Below, piece by piece: positions 11,401 through 20,487 of a stretch of DNA of 63,790 nt. This DNA is from a virus. Its lineage: Duplodnaviria > Caudoviricetes. The stretch is taken from IMG/VR virus record IMGVR_UViG_3300036852_000142, positions 1 through 63,790 of that record. One strand, written 5' to 3'. The stretch's first letter is position 1, and each line of letters opens with the position of its first letter. The notes below the pieces were generated by a model. The model was not told the DNA's origin. It was given only the letters and a program-made list of their open reading frames with translations, and did no database searches. A program made the position numbers and the translations under genes.

Positions 11401-12297
11401 CTTGACCGTGTTATCGCCATCATTGAGGGAGACTGCTACCGTATGGGCAAGATAGACCTCATTCGTTGGTGCTAGGTTGATGCTTTGGGGCGCTCCACCA
11501 TTGATCGTAAGCTCGATCGGGAACGTGCCGCCCGCGGATGTGCGGTAGTAGATTGAGAGTTGGCGGGTAGCAGCTCCATTAGACTTCACATTATTCCATT
11601 GAACGCTTCCTCCATTTCCTCCTCCGCCATTCTGTAAAGTTACCTCATTGCCGCCAGAAGCATTGTCGTAGGCAACAATCTGATACGGAGTTGTATAGCT
11701 GGAGGCTGACTCACCTTCATAACTTGAGACTTGGCCGTATAGATCAAAGATCACGTCTGAATTTGCTTTACTTCTCAGAACTCTGTATGGCCCTTTATTG
11801 GCCAAGAGCAGAAGCCAGTCGAGATCATAAGTGGTGGTTCTGGTTTCCGTGGTCGTACCACCACCACCGAATTTGCCTCCACCTGATTGTTGGGTCGTAG
11901 TCGAAACGTGTTTGCGAATTCCACTCGTCCATCCAACTATCGCCGGCACCCATGACCCTCCATAGCCATCCGAAAGCATCCCAAAATAAACTTCAGGAAT
12001 AAGGACGCCAAGTTCAGAGTTGATAACTAATTCGCCAGTACGACGGCCGCGCTCTTCGACGATCTTCTGACGAGGCGTTAGCAGGGTTGTGAGGATCGTA
12101 GTTGCGGCTGTAGTGGCAGCACTGACAATCAATGAAGTAAGAATGACTGAGCCAGTGATCGGGTCAGAAACCCTACCGCGTTCTAAAGCTTCCTCAAATT
12201 CTTGCTTCTTCTTTTCAGCATAAAGTTCTAGGCGTTCGAGCAAGGCTAGGGGCTTAGGCTCGTATTTTATGAGGGCTTGCGACTCGTCTTTATTCAT
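8443..12297 (-). CDS. Central tail-tip protein (GTA gp15/gpJ-like) with an inserted carbohydrate-binding module
   Basis: IPEVYFG, IYPGNTTQLPDP, PAYRG, LLNGLRDTE motifs; follows NlpC/P60. Confidence 0.8.
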   Translation of the reverse strand: MNKDESQALIKYEPKPLALLERLELYAEKKKQEFEEALERGRVSDPITGSVILTSLIVSAATTAATTILTTLLTPRQKIVEERGRRTGELVINSELGVLIPEVYFGMLSDGYGGSWVPAIVGWTSGIRKHVSTTTQQSGGGKFGGGGTTTETRTTTYDLDWLLLLANKGPYRVLRSKANSDVIFDLYGQVSSYEGESASSYTTPYQIVAYDNASGGNEVTLQNGGGGNGGSVQWNNVKSNGAATRQLSIYYRTSAGGTFPIELTINGGAPQSINLAPTNEVYLAHTVAVSLNDGDNTVKIQNKSSTYNVGIDKIYAFPGHTTGTTGVLDPAIGADTTYDPELPPDPTTDYDVPFDRWNGLPDREPTGGDTGTINHGGNAQFAIYPGNTTQLPDPTYEAAIDAQYGAGSTPAYRGRCYEVDSAFYLTRWGGVIPNRIALLEHDTIKNLAQMCAFMCSRVGIDSGDYDFSALETITPRGLRIMGSKFEAREPMQSAEIPFDVIYAEQEGILVGKPKYPFTSVATLTDKDFAWSDDEETQDGPLTLIDAIEPNETDLVRRVDVKYVDLDRDGEPGLQGYGRQITVGEDSATLDLQWTLTREEAQALAQKEVYRRYTEKPCKYVLSWEHLWINVGSIFTATLSDGFTYTILHAKDSGGIGIRECEGIILDEPLFDQSAVVDPYSYEKPVVPIPAMTVALFLDTPLLRDGDETTNNGVGFYMVGTPRTNVGQSWPGFALDIERNNEWYQLSESNLPGTMGTIVSASDLYPDPEVIDIVFTADSTTDLLTSISNQLVNGNEVTVGNTGGALPAPLVAGTPYFVRDKSSDTFKLAATLGGTAINLTSNGTGTNFINLGKIVVDLYNTTQSLSSVTKADVLNGANPGLAGDMVFRFGTATKLGGYPNRWQLTTLLNGLRDTEDRVADSFTGKRFVFLDAAVRFVPLLIEDLNIENNYRAVTSGQSLDDAAIVPFTWTGNTWRPRKVSDITGGKDGSGDWFTQFTGHPKPDEEPAQYAVGVWTSGFVTLKRTLPATTGTNHGVQLLVAEESWEGNWPGSYTTGTFNKNNVVGNVTAMTVEPLVETFSRFDFTFQNPSTVELVDQANAWAHDFGNPMLALETRTNTTAPFVPTLVNAPISIEWTEGTQPGTALETYKSFGVIVWTRDNVDIGRAGPILYGQTTYIRLGPRYTFLLSGTEYRVYVNFNPNQGQKPILILAGTGTFPFPLRLTVKTNDFFSVRNITAGGALLPSTIYAGRQQLADFGSLQSSLNLEIYQKGKSPQPDGIPVRITLP

Positions 12298-12796
12298 CGA
12301 TGCCTCGAACCCTCCAGATCGAATGTGTCCGTTTTAGCCACCTTTGATCCATCCGATGTTCCACCACTCCGTGCTTCTCGTTTCCTGAATGGATAACATA
12401 ATAGACTCCATCACCTCTCTGTTCTGTGTAGATACCTAAATGCCGTGGCACATCTGGCGCGCGCAGATGCTCATCGCAAAACGCTAAGATGTCCGCAGGC
12501 TTCGCCTGACTCATGTCTGGCGCTTCCCATCCCACGTTCCCAGTTACAAAGTCGAGGTTCTTTTCAAGTAGGGCGAGCATTAATGAGCCATCTTCGCGCC
12601 GGCGATAGTTGCGGACGATGTCTACTACCTCTGTATGTCCCGCTTCTCGAAAGACGCCTTCAACAAACCCTTCGCAGTCTGCTCCAGTCTCTTTGGAAGC
12701 GCCTTGATGTAACCAGCGCACGCCTTTCCAGGAGCGGGCTATTTCTATAATTTGTTCGCGGGTAGTTTTTACAAGAAGGTCTACACTTGATGGCAT
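12290..12796 (-). CDS. NlpC/P60 tail-tip peptidase
   Basis: ARSWKGVRWLHQG...GADCEGFV...HLGI...IHS catalytic Cys/His/His. Confidence 0.9.
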   Translation of the reverse strand: MPSSVDLLVKTTREQIIEIARSWKGVRWLHQGASKETGADCEGFVEGVFREAGHTEVVDIVRNYRRREDGSLMLALLEKNLDFVTGNVGWEAPDMSQAKPADILAFCDEHLRAPDVPRHLGIYTEQRGDGVYYVIHSGNEKHGVVEHRMDQRWLKRTHSIWRVRGIDE

Positions 12797-13348
12797 GGGA
12801 ATAAATTAGGCAATTGCCCTTTCAAACATTTCATCAAGTTCTCGCTCACGCATCTTTGCAGTTCGATAGTTAAGACGGCAGGTTTTACAGAAAAGCTCTT
12901 TGCGCTTCTTAGGCCCACGACAACCAATGCAATCAATGGGCGTATTGGGCGTATTTCGCCTTTTACCCTTCGGATATATCTTCTTAGGGTGGTTCGTTGC
13001 TATTGGCGAAGCGATATTGTGTGCCATGTGCGCTTTGCGGGTTTGTGCTGAAGCCTTAGTGTTAGCAGAGGTTTCATCTGCCCCGAATTGACCGGGTTGA
13101 CAAGGCGAAGTCAGTTACGCCCGGATTTCAGCTTCAGACCGCCAGTTCCCTAGCTGGCATTTCAAACCACTGGCCCTCACCCAGTGCGCTTTAGGCTAGT
13201 CTGATTTTCAGGGACTCAGACTCTTAAAGAACCTTTGCGCTTTCTCTAGGATCGTGTGTTATGATTATCCCGCTGAGATAGCGCAACTCTTCGCTGAGGG
13301 TTGTTAAGAAAGGGTCAGTCCAGAAATGGCTGGCCTTTTCTATTTCTC

Positions 13349-13375
13349 AGCGTAGCGTGCTTTGGAGATTTATTT
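13349..13375 (-). promoter_or_regulatory. Putative late promoter copy (AAATAAA-N14-TACGCT)
   Basis: Exact spacing match to five other copies. Confidence 0.6.
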
Positions 13376-13428
13376 TGGGCGTGTTAGGTTTGCTTCGTGG
13401 GACACTTTAGAGATAGCATTCCCGCACC

Positions 13429-13785
13429 ATGAAAGCCTTGCCGTTTCTGTTTGGCATACTTCTTATTTGCGGCTGTACGATGCAGTCACCAAACGCAGCG
13501 CAAGATACTTACGATATAACTTACGAAGTACTTGGCTTTGGTGCTAACTCCGCTGACATTGCTTATACAAATGAAACCGGCGGAATGGAGTTTAGGAACA
13601 CGCGGATTCCCTGGGCGCATAACATGGTAGGAAAACAGGGAGATTTCTTATATCTTTCGGCCCATAACACAAAAGGCGTAGGCGGTGTATCAGTGCGAAT
13701 TTCAGTTAATGGGAAGATTCGTAAAAACGCGGTAGTTGAGGGAAGCGGTATTGCCACGGCGGATTATCGCTGCTGCGAATTTTGA
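13429..13785 (+). CDS. Moron lipoprotein (MmpS-like Ig fold), opposite strand to the tail operon
   Basis: Lipoprotein-like signal (LLICGC); ITYEV..ADIAYT..PW pattern. Confidence 0.65.
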   Translation: MKALPFLFGILLICGCTMQSPNAAQDTYDITYEVLGFGANSADIAYTNETGGMEFRNTRIPWAHNMVGKQGDFLYLSAHNTKGVGGVSVRISVNGKIRKNAVVEGSGIATADYRCCEF

Positions 13786-14649
13786 CTAACTCTCGGGATA
13801 TTTTAATGTGAAACCAAGGCTAGGAATATCCCACTCAGCCTGGGCATTGAGAACAGCTTCTGCGCTTATCAACTTACAATCCTCCCGCGTGCCTTTCAGG
13901 CCACGACTTACATCCAAGGTCTCCGCTGCGGTTATCGTTGCGGGTAGCGGTAACTGAGTGACTATTTCAGTGCGTGTGCCGCCATCCGTGGTTGTTGCTG
14001 ACTTAATCTCCATCGGAGGGTAAACAGCATTTGGCCCACTAGTAAAATCCACCAAACCGTTAACTAGGTAATCCGCATAAGGTTGAATATAAAGAACTTT
14101 GAATGTCCGTCGATCTGTAACTGATGACACGCTGGTTGCGTGCGTAAATGCTGCGGCAGCAGTGCTACCTATCAATTCGGTTAGCGTTCTTTGCCGAGCT
14201 ACATTACTCGTAAGATCGCCAATCTTCTGTCTCAGTAAATCAGCGATTGAGCGGAACTCCAGCTTGAAAGCAAAGTTGCCCATTGGTTCGATCTTGCCAA
14301 CATAACCCTTTTGTTTCCTGACTGTTCCCAATGACGTATCTCGATAATCGATGATGATCTCTTTAACAATTGCGGCTCGTTTCCACTTTCCAGCTTCAAC
14401 ATTCGCTTTTGTGACGATGTCATCGAAAACCCCAACCAACTCGGAGCTGTCAGGCTCAAGGCCGATCTGTATTACGGAAGTCGATGGTTCATTTGGAGTA
14501 GCCTTGTAGGTATTGCCGTTATAAACAAGATCGCGAGAATGAGAAGCATATCGCGCGACCGTGGCGTCTCGAGCGGTTATTTCCCAGACATCGCATGGCC
14601 AGATACAATTTCCAGCAAGAGCGTCTTTTTGTGCCTGAGTTGCGGGCAT
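13786..14649 (-). CDS. Baseplate hub protein (DUF2163 / GTA gp13-like)
   Basis: WEITARD...ASHSRDLVYNGNTY motif; between distal tail protein and NlpC/P60. Confidence 0.75.
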   Translation of the reverse strand: MPATQAQKDALAGNCIWPCDVWEITARDATVARYASHSRDLVYNGNTYKATPNEPSTSVIQIGLEPDSSELVGVFDDIVTKANVEAGKWKRAAIVKEIIIDYRDTSLGTVRKQKGYVGKIEPMGNFAFKLEFRSIADLLRQKIGDLTSNVARQRTLTELIGSTAAAAFTHATSVSSVTDRRTFKVLYIQPYADYLVNGLVDFTSGPNAVYPPMEIKSATTTDGGTRTEIVTQLPLPATITAAETLDVSRGLKGTREDCKLISAEAVLNAQAEWDIPSLGFTLKYPES

Positions 14650-15422
14650 TAGTAAGCTATGTTCAACTCGACGTGTGAAATTTCGCGCATGCCAACGCTC
14701 TGTGCCTGTCCGACAATATCTCCGCGCAGATTAAATTGATTGTCAGTGAAGGTCATTGCCAAGTCGAACGATCCCGACCACTTAATGATCGTTCCGGTAG
14801 ATGGCGCCGCACTGAACGTGATGACTCCCGTTGTTACATTGACTGTCCATCCGGTTGTTTGTTCAGTTGAGCCAAAGTAAACTTTAAACACTTCGGCGGC
14901 GTAAGGTGGGGCATTAGCATCACCAACAAACTTGCGTGCGGTAACGCCATCCGGTTCATAGAGAGTCGCGCCTGTAGCCTTGGCAGCCTGAACTACCGGT
15001 TTTGTTATGCGCTTAACATTTGCTCGGGCCGTAACGCCCCGACGAATAGAAGATTTATAGAGTTTGAATGTGGTCAGTGATCCATTGGGAACCTGAATCC
15101 CGCCTGGCCCAGCAATCACTTCCTGTGTAACTGAATTGAAGTGGGGGAAACGTACTCGCAGCCCAACTCCTGAGCCATATCCTCCATTTATCGTGTCTAA
15201 GAGATAGGTAAAGTGGGCTGAATTAAGCAATGAGAGATCGAACGTTCCTCGCTCTAATTCGTCGTAACGAAGTATCGCAGTCTTAGTAACCCCAGTTTGA
15301 CGGTTGGTCATATGCACGTTGGCATATTCTGGCCCACCAACAAAAGGGCCTTGCCCGCCTTCAGGGATACTAAATAAATTAGGATCGAGGAGGGATTCGT
15401 CGAAATCTATGAGTATGGCCAT
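14649..15422 (-). CDS. Distal tail protein (DUF2460 / GTA gp12-like)
   Basis: GGPEY, FKLYK, RITKPV, TTGVITFSAAP, WSGSFD motifs; directly after tape measure. Confidence 0.8.
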   Translation of the reverse strand: MAILIDFDESLLDPNLFSIPEGGQGPFVGGPEYANVHMTNRQTGVTKTAILRYDELERGTFDLSLLNSAHFTYLLDTINGGYGSGVGLRVRFPHFNSVTQEVIAGPGGIQVPNGSLTTFKLYKSSIRRGVTARANVKRITKPVVQAAKATGATLYEPDGVTARKFVGDANAPPYAAEVFKVYFGSTEQTTGWTVNVTTGVITFSAAPSTGTIIKWSGSFDLAMTFTDNQFNLRGDIVGQAQSVGMREISHVELNIAY

Positions 15423-15423
15423 A

Positions 15424-18400
15424 CTAAGTTAAGAGTGCCGCAATCTTTTCTGCCAGTTCTCTCTGGCTGCGCTTCTGTCGGAAAGTCTGCATGCGAGGTG
15501 CAGGTACGGTTACGTTAATATTGTTAACTACTGTCTTATTACTCATGTTTCTGACTTGCGATTGATTATAGACATGTCCGGAGCGAAGAGGCATGAAATA
15601 TTCCTCGCCCCTCTCGTTTACGCGATACAGTTGACCGGCTGATACTGAACCGCCTGACGCGCGTCCGGGAGTGCCAATCGCAGGGATGCCACCGATTCCT
15701 CCTCCTGGACCAGCTCCACCTCCCAAGTGGGTGCCACCGCCAATTCCACCGATAAAGGCACCGATAATTGTACGCAGCAAGCCGCTTAAGAAGCCTCCAC
15801 CACCGCCCGCCGCACCACCACCGGCAAAACCCTTCGTGATCGCATCAGCAATTGCCGTTTCAAGATTTAACAGAGCTCGACTCTTGATCATCTCTAAAAT
15901 GCCCTTGATGAATTCAAGAGTTCCGCCCTTGATGCCGGATCGGAAACCTTCCGTTAAGCCGCGATCCAAAGCGTTTGTAAGATCACCTGAAAATCTCTCA
16001 ATACTTTCTCTTAACTCAATTAATTGCCGCTCATTGATTTCCTTGATAAGCTGAACATGCTGAGCCTCCAACTGCTCTCGCTCGGTAATAAACGCACTAT
16101 ATAACTGTTTACGCTCATCAAAACTCTTCCTTTCCATGTCTTTTAGGAGGTTAAGAAAGAGTTCGCGCTTCGCAAGTTCGATGCGAATATTCTCTTGCTG
16201 AATATCAAGCACATCAACTGCGCGCCGTGCCCGACGACCACGACCAAGCCCTGCGCCAGTTATATCTAATTGGTGAAGAATTGATTGTTTCTGAAGCTCA
16301 ATACCTTGTAAGCGAACGTTTGATAGTGTCTGCTCCAACGTAGCATTGAAATCGCGTTGGGCTGCGAGGCGTTCTTTTAGAGCAGTAGCCGCTTTGCGAT
16401 CATTGTCTGCGGATAATCGTCCGATCTCTGATTCAATTTCGCCCATTCGCATGGACGCTTCTATCTGCTTGGTCTTATCCCCACGCGCGCGATTAAATTC
16501 ACTTCGAGCAATCGCCATTCGCTCGATCAAGCCCTGCATTTCGATCTGCCCAATTGCTTTAACAGCCGTTTCCTGGTTAATCACTCGCTGGTCGGCTAGG
16601 GCTTGCCATAAATCTGATTCCTGCCTGCCAACAATTTCATGAACACGCAGCATTCCTTCTTCGCGAATGCGATCCCGGTCAGCAAAGTCTTCCAAAAGAT
16701 TGTCGATATATTTTGTAACCGCATCCGCGCTTTTTCTTTCTGCTTCTCGCTTTCTTAAGTCGATCTCGGCTAAGGCGACCGCGCCACCTTTTTTCAATTT
16801 AGCGGCTTGTTTTTCTTCGTTCTCTAATCCGTTAATAGTTTCGTTTCGTTCTTTAATCGCCAGAGCAATTGCGTCAGTTGTGTATTGTTCAAGTGAGACG
16901 CGGCGAGTAGATAGACTACGGTTTAATGCAGTCTCTTGAGCTTTCAAAGCATCGAGCGTGGCTCTAAGCTGTAGCTCAGCGAGCCGCCTTGCTTCAGCGG
17001 CAGGATCTGGGCCGCCACCACCTCCACCACCACCGGACTGAAGGGATTTAAGTGCGTTTTGTATCCGTCGTATCTCGTCGGCTTCCTTTTGCGCAAGATC
17101 GCGACTCGCTTTTGCTGTCGCGCCGATTTGTGCTTTGGTTTGAGTTGGAATCTTATTGATGTCGACGGGAACTAAGGCGCCTCTTGATCCGGTTGGGGTT
17201 GGTCCACGCCCCATAAATTCTCGGAACTGTCCAAATAATGATTGCCCCGCAGGAGGCCCAGGGGCACCAGTAGGAAAGACATCCTGCACAAAATTCTTCA
17301 GCGTGCGGATAATCTGAATCTCTAGTCTCAGCGGACTAATACTATGAAGAAAACTGGCCAGACTAGAAATTTCCTTAACTAAATTTGCTACTTCTCTGGC
17401 GGTAGAAATCAATTCTTTCTGGTTATCATTAAGCCATCGGGAAAATGTTCTGAGTCCGTCGGTAACGAGCGGGGTAAACTCATTTGCTATTGAGCGGCCT
17501 GTGGCTTCAAACTTTTGTCTCAATCGAGTAATCGTGTCACTTAATTCATCACCTTTCCGAGCCGCACGGGTTGTGATTAAGATCCCCATTTCTTCCAATT
17601 TGGCGGTGAATTTATCGATGTCACCGCCAGCTTCCTTAAACACGCCTTGAACTTCACGTCCCGATCGACCGAACAATTTCATCGAGAGCGCGGATTGCTG
17701 AGCGCCTTGGGGAAGCTTGCTTAAAGTTGTGAAGGACTGGCGCAGAGCTTTTTCGTTATCTTGGAAATCTATATTAAGGGCTTTAAGTAGTCGGGAGGTT
17801 TCTTTGTTTCCTTCGTTGGCTTCTTCCATGTGGCGTTGAAAGATTCCTAACGAAGCGGCAATAGTGTCAATACTCCCGCCCGAGGTTTCAGCCGCGTTCC
17901 CTAAAGCAGAAAGTGTTTCGACTGAAAAGCCTGTTTGCTGACTTAAATCATGGAATTTACCTGTTGCCTCAGATGTTGCAGAGACTAATTTATAAATCCC
18001 AAATGCTGAGCCTCCGATCGCGGCTAAAGCTGCGGCGAGTGCTGTCAATGCGCCGCCACCTGCGGCCAAACTTCCAATGGAAGAAAGACGTCCGGCGATT
18101 CCTCCGAGCGGGCCTTGTAGTGCCGCAATAGAGGTAGACAACTCTTGAGTTATTTGCGTAAACGATTTAGCACCCGTAGCCGCGCGTAGAGCGGAGCGTT
18201 CCTGCTCTTTCCATTGTCGGACTAACGCAGCCGATCGTTGGCGCTGAAGGGACTCGCTCGCCTTGAGTTGTTGGCCTAATGAAAGTTCGCCTTGGCTGAT
18301 ATTTTTTTGTGAAGCATTAACACTTGAGGCGGTCTGCCTCATTGATGAGGCAACACGTTTTGTGGCAGCGTCAAATTGAGCGGTTTCTGCGGTAAAGACC

Positions 18401-18429
18401 GCAATAAGTTTGCCAATTTCCGTTGCCAC
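15424..18429 (-). CDS. Tape measure protein
   Basis: 1001 aa, helical Ala-rich; LSQQTGFSVETLS, LFGRSG, RASGGSV..YRVNERGEE. Confidence 0.92.
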   Translation of the reverse strand: MATEIGKLIAVFTAETAQFDAATKRVASSMRQTASSVNASQKNISQGELSLGQQLKASESLQRQRSAALVRQWKEQERSALRAATGAKSFTQITQELSTSIAALQGPLGGIAGRLSSIGSLAAGGGALTALAAALAAIGGSAFGIYKLVSATSEATGKFHDLSQQTGFSVETLSALGNAAETSGGSIDTIAASLGIFQRHMEEANEGNKETSRLLKALNIDFQDNEKALRQSFTTLSKLPQGAQQSALSMKLFGRSGREVQGVFKEAGGDIDKFTAKLEEMGILITTRAARKGDELSDTITRLRQKFEATGRSIANEFTPLVTDGLRTFSRWLNDNQKELISTAREVANLVKEISSLASFLHSISPLRLEIQIIRTLKNFVQDVFPTGAPGPPAGQSLFGQFREFMGRGPTPTGSRGALVPVDINKIPTQTKAQIGATAKASRDLAQKEADEIRRIQNALKSLQSGGGGGGGGPDPAAEARRLAELQLRATLDALKAQETALNRSLSTRRVSLEQYTTDAIALAIKERNETINGLENEEKQAAKLKKGGAVALAEIDLRKREAERKSADAVTKYIDNLLEDFADRDRIREEGMLRVHEIVGRQESDLWQALADQRVINQETAVKAIGQIEMQGLIERMAIARSEFNRARGDKTKQIEASMRMGEIESEIGRLSADNDRKAATALKERLAAQRDFNATLEQTLSNVRLQGIELQKQSILHQLDITGAGLGRGRRARRAVDVLDIQQENIRIELAKRELFLNLLKDMERKSFDERKQLYSAFITEREQLEAQHVQLIKEINERQLIELRESIERFSGDLTNALDRGLTEGFRSGIKGGTLEFIKGILEMIKSRALLNLETAIADAITKGFAGGGAAGGGGGFLSGLLRTIIGAFIGGIGGGTHLGGGAGPGGGIGGIPAIGTPGRASGGSVSAGQLYRVNERGEEYFMPLRSGHVYNQSQVRNMSNKTVVNNINVTVPAPRMQTFRQKRSQRELAEKIAALLT

Positions 18430-18435
18430 GTGTGA

Positions 18436-18462
18436 AGAGTAACAACATTATCAAGTTTATTT
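18436..18462 (-). promoter_or_regulatory. Putative late promoter for a leaderless tape-measure mRNA (AAATAAA-N14-TACTCT)
   Basis: -10-like box 6 nt before the GTG start; no SD. Confidence 0.7.
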
Positions 18463-18527
18463 TCGAGAAAGACTTAGCAATACGGAGAGTTTTGTAAAGC
18501 ATCAGATCCTGAGATAGGATAGGGTGT

Positions 18528-18728
18528 ATGATTCCTCTAATCGGTATTTTGTTGTGTATCTACCTCGTCTTCAAAGGCTTTGAGATTTTCCAGATTGCTT
18601 GGTGCAGCGAAGATCCACCTCTAAGCGCTTTAATAATTGGTGTTATCGCAGTACTAGCGAGCATTGTCATCGCCGGTTTTTTTGCGACAACGCTCTGGTC
18701 TATTCAGCCTTCTCAGCTTACCCCTTAA
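18528..18728 (+). CDS. Small two-TM membrane moron
   Basis: Two hydrophobic helices; opposite strand, between TAC and TMP. Confidence 0.6.
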   Translation: MIPLIGILLCIYLVFKGFEIFQIAWCSEDPPLSALIIGVIAVLASIVIAGFFATTLWSIQPSQLTP

Positions 18729-18733
18729 GCCAT

Positions 18734-19009
18734 TTACCACTCCGGGAGAATAATTTTCTCAGGTAACTTAAGCTGCTTCGCTAGATCTAATTGGGCCTTG
18801 TATCGCGCTTGCAAAATCGCGCGCGCCTCCTCTTGATAGCGGATGGCAACGCGAGGTAACTCCCAAACTCTTACACCCAAGAAACGGGCGATCAAATGAT
18901 TGCTTACATAATCGGGGCGTTGAACGCCAGTGTGAACTCCTGTGAGCCAGTCTCGGTAATCTCGGGCGTCGTCGGGTTCTGGATCGTCTCTTCTGCCACT
19001 GTTTTTTTT
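18734..19009 (-). CDS. Tail assembly chaperone frameshift extension (gpGT-like C-terminus)
   Basis: -1 frame after the A8 run at 19002-19009; RFLGVRVWEL. Confidence 0.7.
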   Translation of the reverse strand, partial: KKNSGRRDDPEPDDARDYRDWLTGVHTGVQRPDYVSNHLIARFLGVRVWELPRVAIRYQEEARAILQARYKAQLDLAKQLKLPEKIILPEW

Positions 19010-19491
19010 ACCGTAGTTGCCCGGGCTATACAGCGTTCCCACAACTCTTCCACTAAATCGGCCGGCAAGCGCATGAGATTCTCTTTGCTGGGAACAATAT
19101 CCATTCCGTTTTCAGTAATGCTCCACCCCTTTAGCAGTGCGGTAAAAGATCCATCTGGCAATTTGACAGGACAAGAGAGTCGCTCAGCAAAGGCTTCCCG
19201 CTTGATCTCGGCAATCTCTTTTTCCATCGAAAGCAAGGAGACAGATAATTTGGCTTCTGGTTCACCGTCCCTCTTCTTTGACTTTTTAGCCCGCTGCTTA
19301 ATTTCAGCAGTCAAGGCGTCGAACTTGGAGGCTAAAGCTTTATGCCGCTCGGTTACAGGCTTCAAGCGTTCGTTCAATTCCGCGTGATAGTCGGGCGTTA
19401 TGGCATCGATGTTGACGCGCAACTCAACTGATTCGCTGTTGCGCTCAAACGTTTCGATCACGATGTTTTCACTGAAGGACGAAAGTTCCAT
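18904..19491 (-). CDS. Tail assembly chaperone (gpG-like)
   Basis: Between tail tube and TMP; LLKGWSIT motif; slippery A-run. Confidence 0.75.
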   Translation of the reverse strand: MELSSFSENIVIETFERNSESVELRVNIDAITPDYHAELNERLKPVTERHKALASKFDALTAEIKQRAKKSKKRDGEPEAKLSVSLLSMEKEIAEIKREAFAERLSCPVKLPDGSFTALLKGWSITENGMDIVPSKENLMRLPADLVEELWERCIARATTVKKTVAEETIQNPTTPEITETGSQEFTLAFNAPIM

Positions 19492-19500
19492 TCTGCATTT

Positions 19501-20487
19501 TTACAAACTTGTAAGTGTCGTAATCAATTCAATCTCAAACGCTTTGTTCCCGAAAGTAGAGTTGTACTCAGGGGACATCGTGTACTGATAGCCCCACACT
19601 GCGTTATCAATATCAGTCTGAGCCATTGCTTCAACTGAAGCCGCAAAGTCAACCTTCAACGTGTAGTAAGTCGAACTTTCGATCAATGGCCCAGTAATCA
19701 GAAAACGCATTAGTTTCACTGGACTAGAGGTAGGCGAGATCGAGTCATACAATGTACGCGATTCCGAATTGTCTTCCGTAATAAATGAAGCAGTGAGATC
19801 GGCTGGCGTCTCGACCGTCTCAGCGAAGGACGGAAATGTAGTGTTCAATACCCAGAAGGCAACTTGCTTGTTTGCGATCGCAAAATTGGCGGATGAAGCT
19901 CGGGAAACTTTTGTTGTTCCGATTGTTCCGCCAATCGGGTCCATGAAAATGTCCACACCGCGAGGGCTACCAGGTAGTTGAGTAATAGAAGTTGGTGAGC
20001 CAGTTAAAGAGCCGGCTACCGGATTCCGGCCTAATAGCGATCCGGAGACTGTCGCGCCGTCATTAGCAAGTGTGACGCTCAAGTCGGTAAATATCGAATA
20101 GACCATTTGCCGACCGGCAGTAGCATCGCCTTCCTGGATAGTTAAGGTAGTAAACGCATCCTCGCCAGAAGCTAAGGATGTAAATAACCACTTCCGCGCT
20201 AGCGTCGCGCCTCCTGGAGTCGTGATAACTGGAGTAACAATCGTCGAAAGGGGATAAACGATCTCGGTAAAGTTCAGCGGGCTTTCATTGAGTGTTCCAC
20301 CGCCAAAATCTTTTGTGATCTGCTTAACTGTGGGGATCTTAAATCCCATCCCGCGAAACTTTGCGATGTCCAAAGTTCGGGAAAGGCGAAGATCCATTGA
20401 GGGCAGTTTTTTACTGGCAGCAATAGCAGTGCCTTTGGTGGTTTCAGCACCAACCTGCACGAGCCTGTTAACTAATGATCTGGCGAT
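19501..20487 (-). CDS. Major tail tube protein (possibly starting at ATC 20487)
   Basis: VQVGAETTKGTA N-terminal motif; SD GAGGAGG 6 nt before an in-frame ATC. Confidence 0.8.
   Translation of the reverse strand: MARSLVNRLVQVGAETTKGTAIAASKKLPSMDLRLSRTLDIAKFRGMGFKIPTVKQITKDFGGGTLNESPLNFTEIVYPLSTIVTPVITTPGGATLARKWLFTSLASGEDAFTTLTIQEGDATAGRQMVYSIFTDLSVTLANDGATVSGSLLGRNPVAGSLTGSPTSITQLPGSPRGVDIFMDPIGGTIGTTKVSRASSANFAIANKQVAFWVLNTTFPSFAETVETPADLTASFITEDNSESRTLYDSISPTSSPVKLMRFLITGPLIESSTYYTLKVDFAASVEAMAQTDIDNAVWGYQYTMSPEYNSTFGNKAFEIELITTLTSL

Noticed and set aside
6437-12297. Diversity-generating retroelement targeting tail genes
   Set aside because: No reverse transcriptase, and no TR/VR pair seen.
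15680-15830. C-rich ccacc/ccgcc repeats
   Set aside because: Poly-Gly coding tracts of the tape measure protein.
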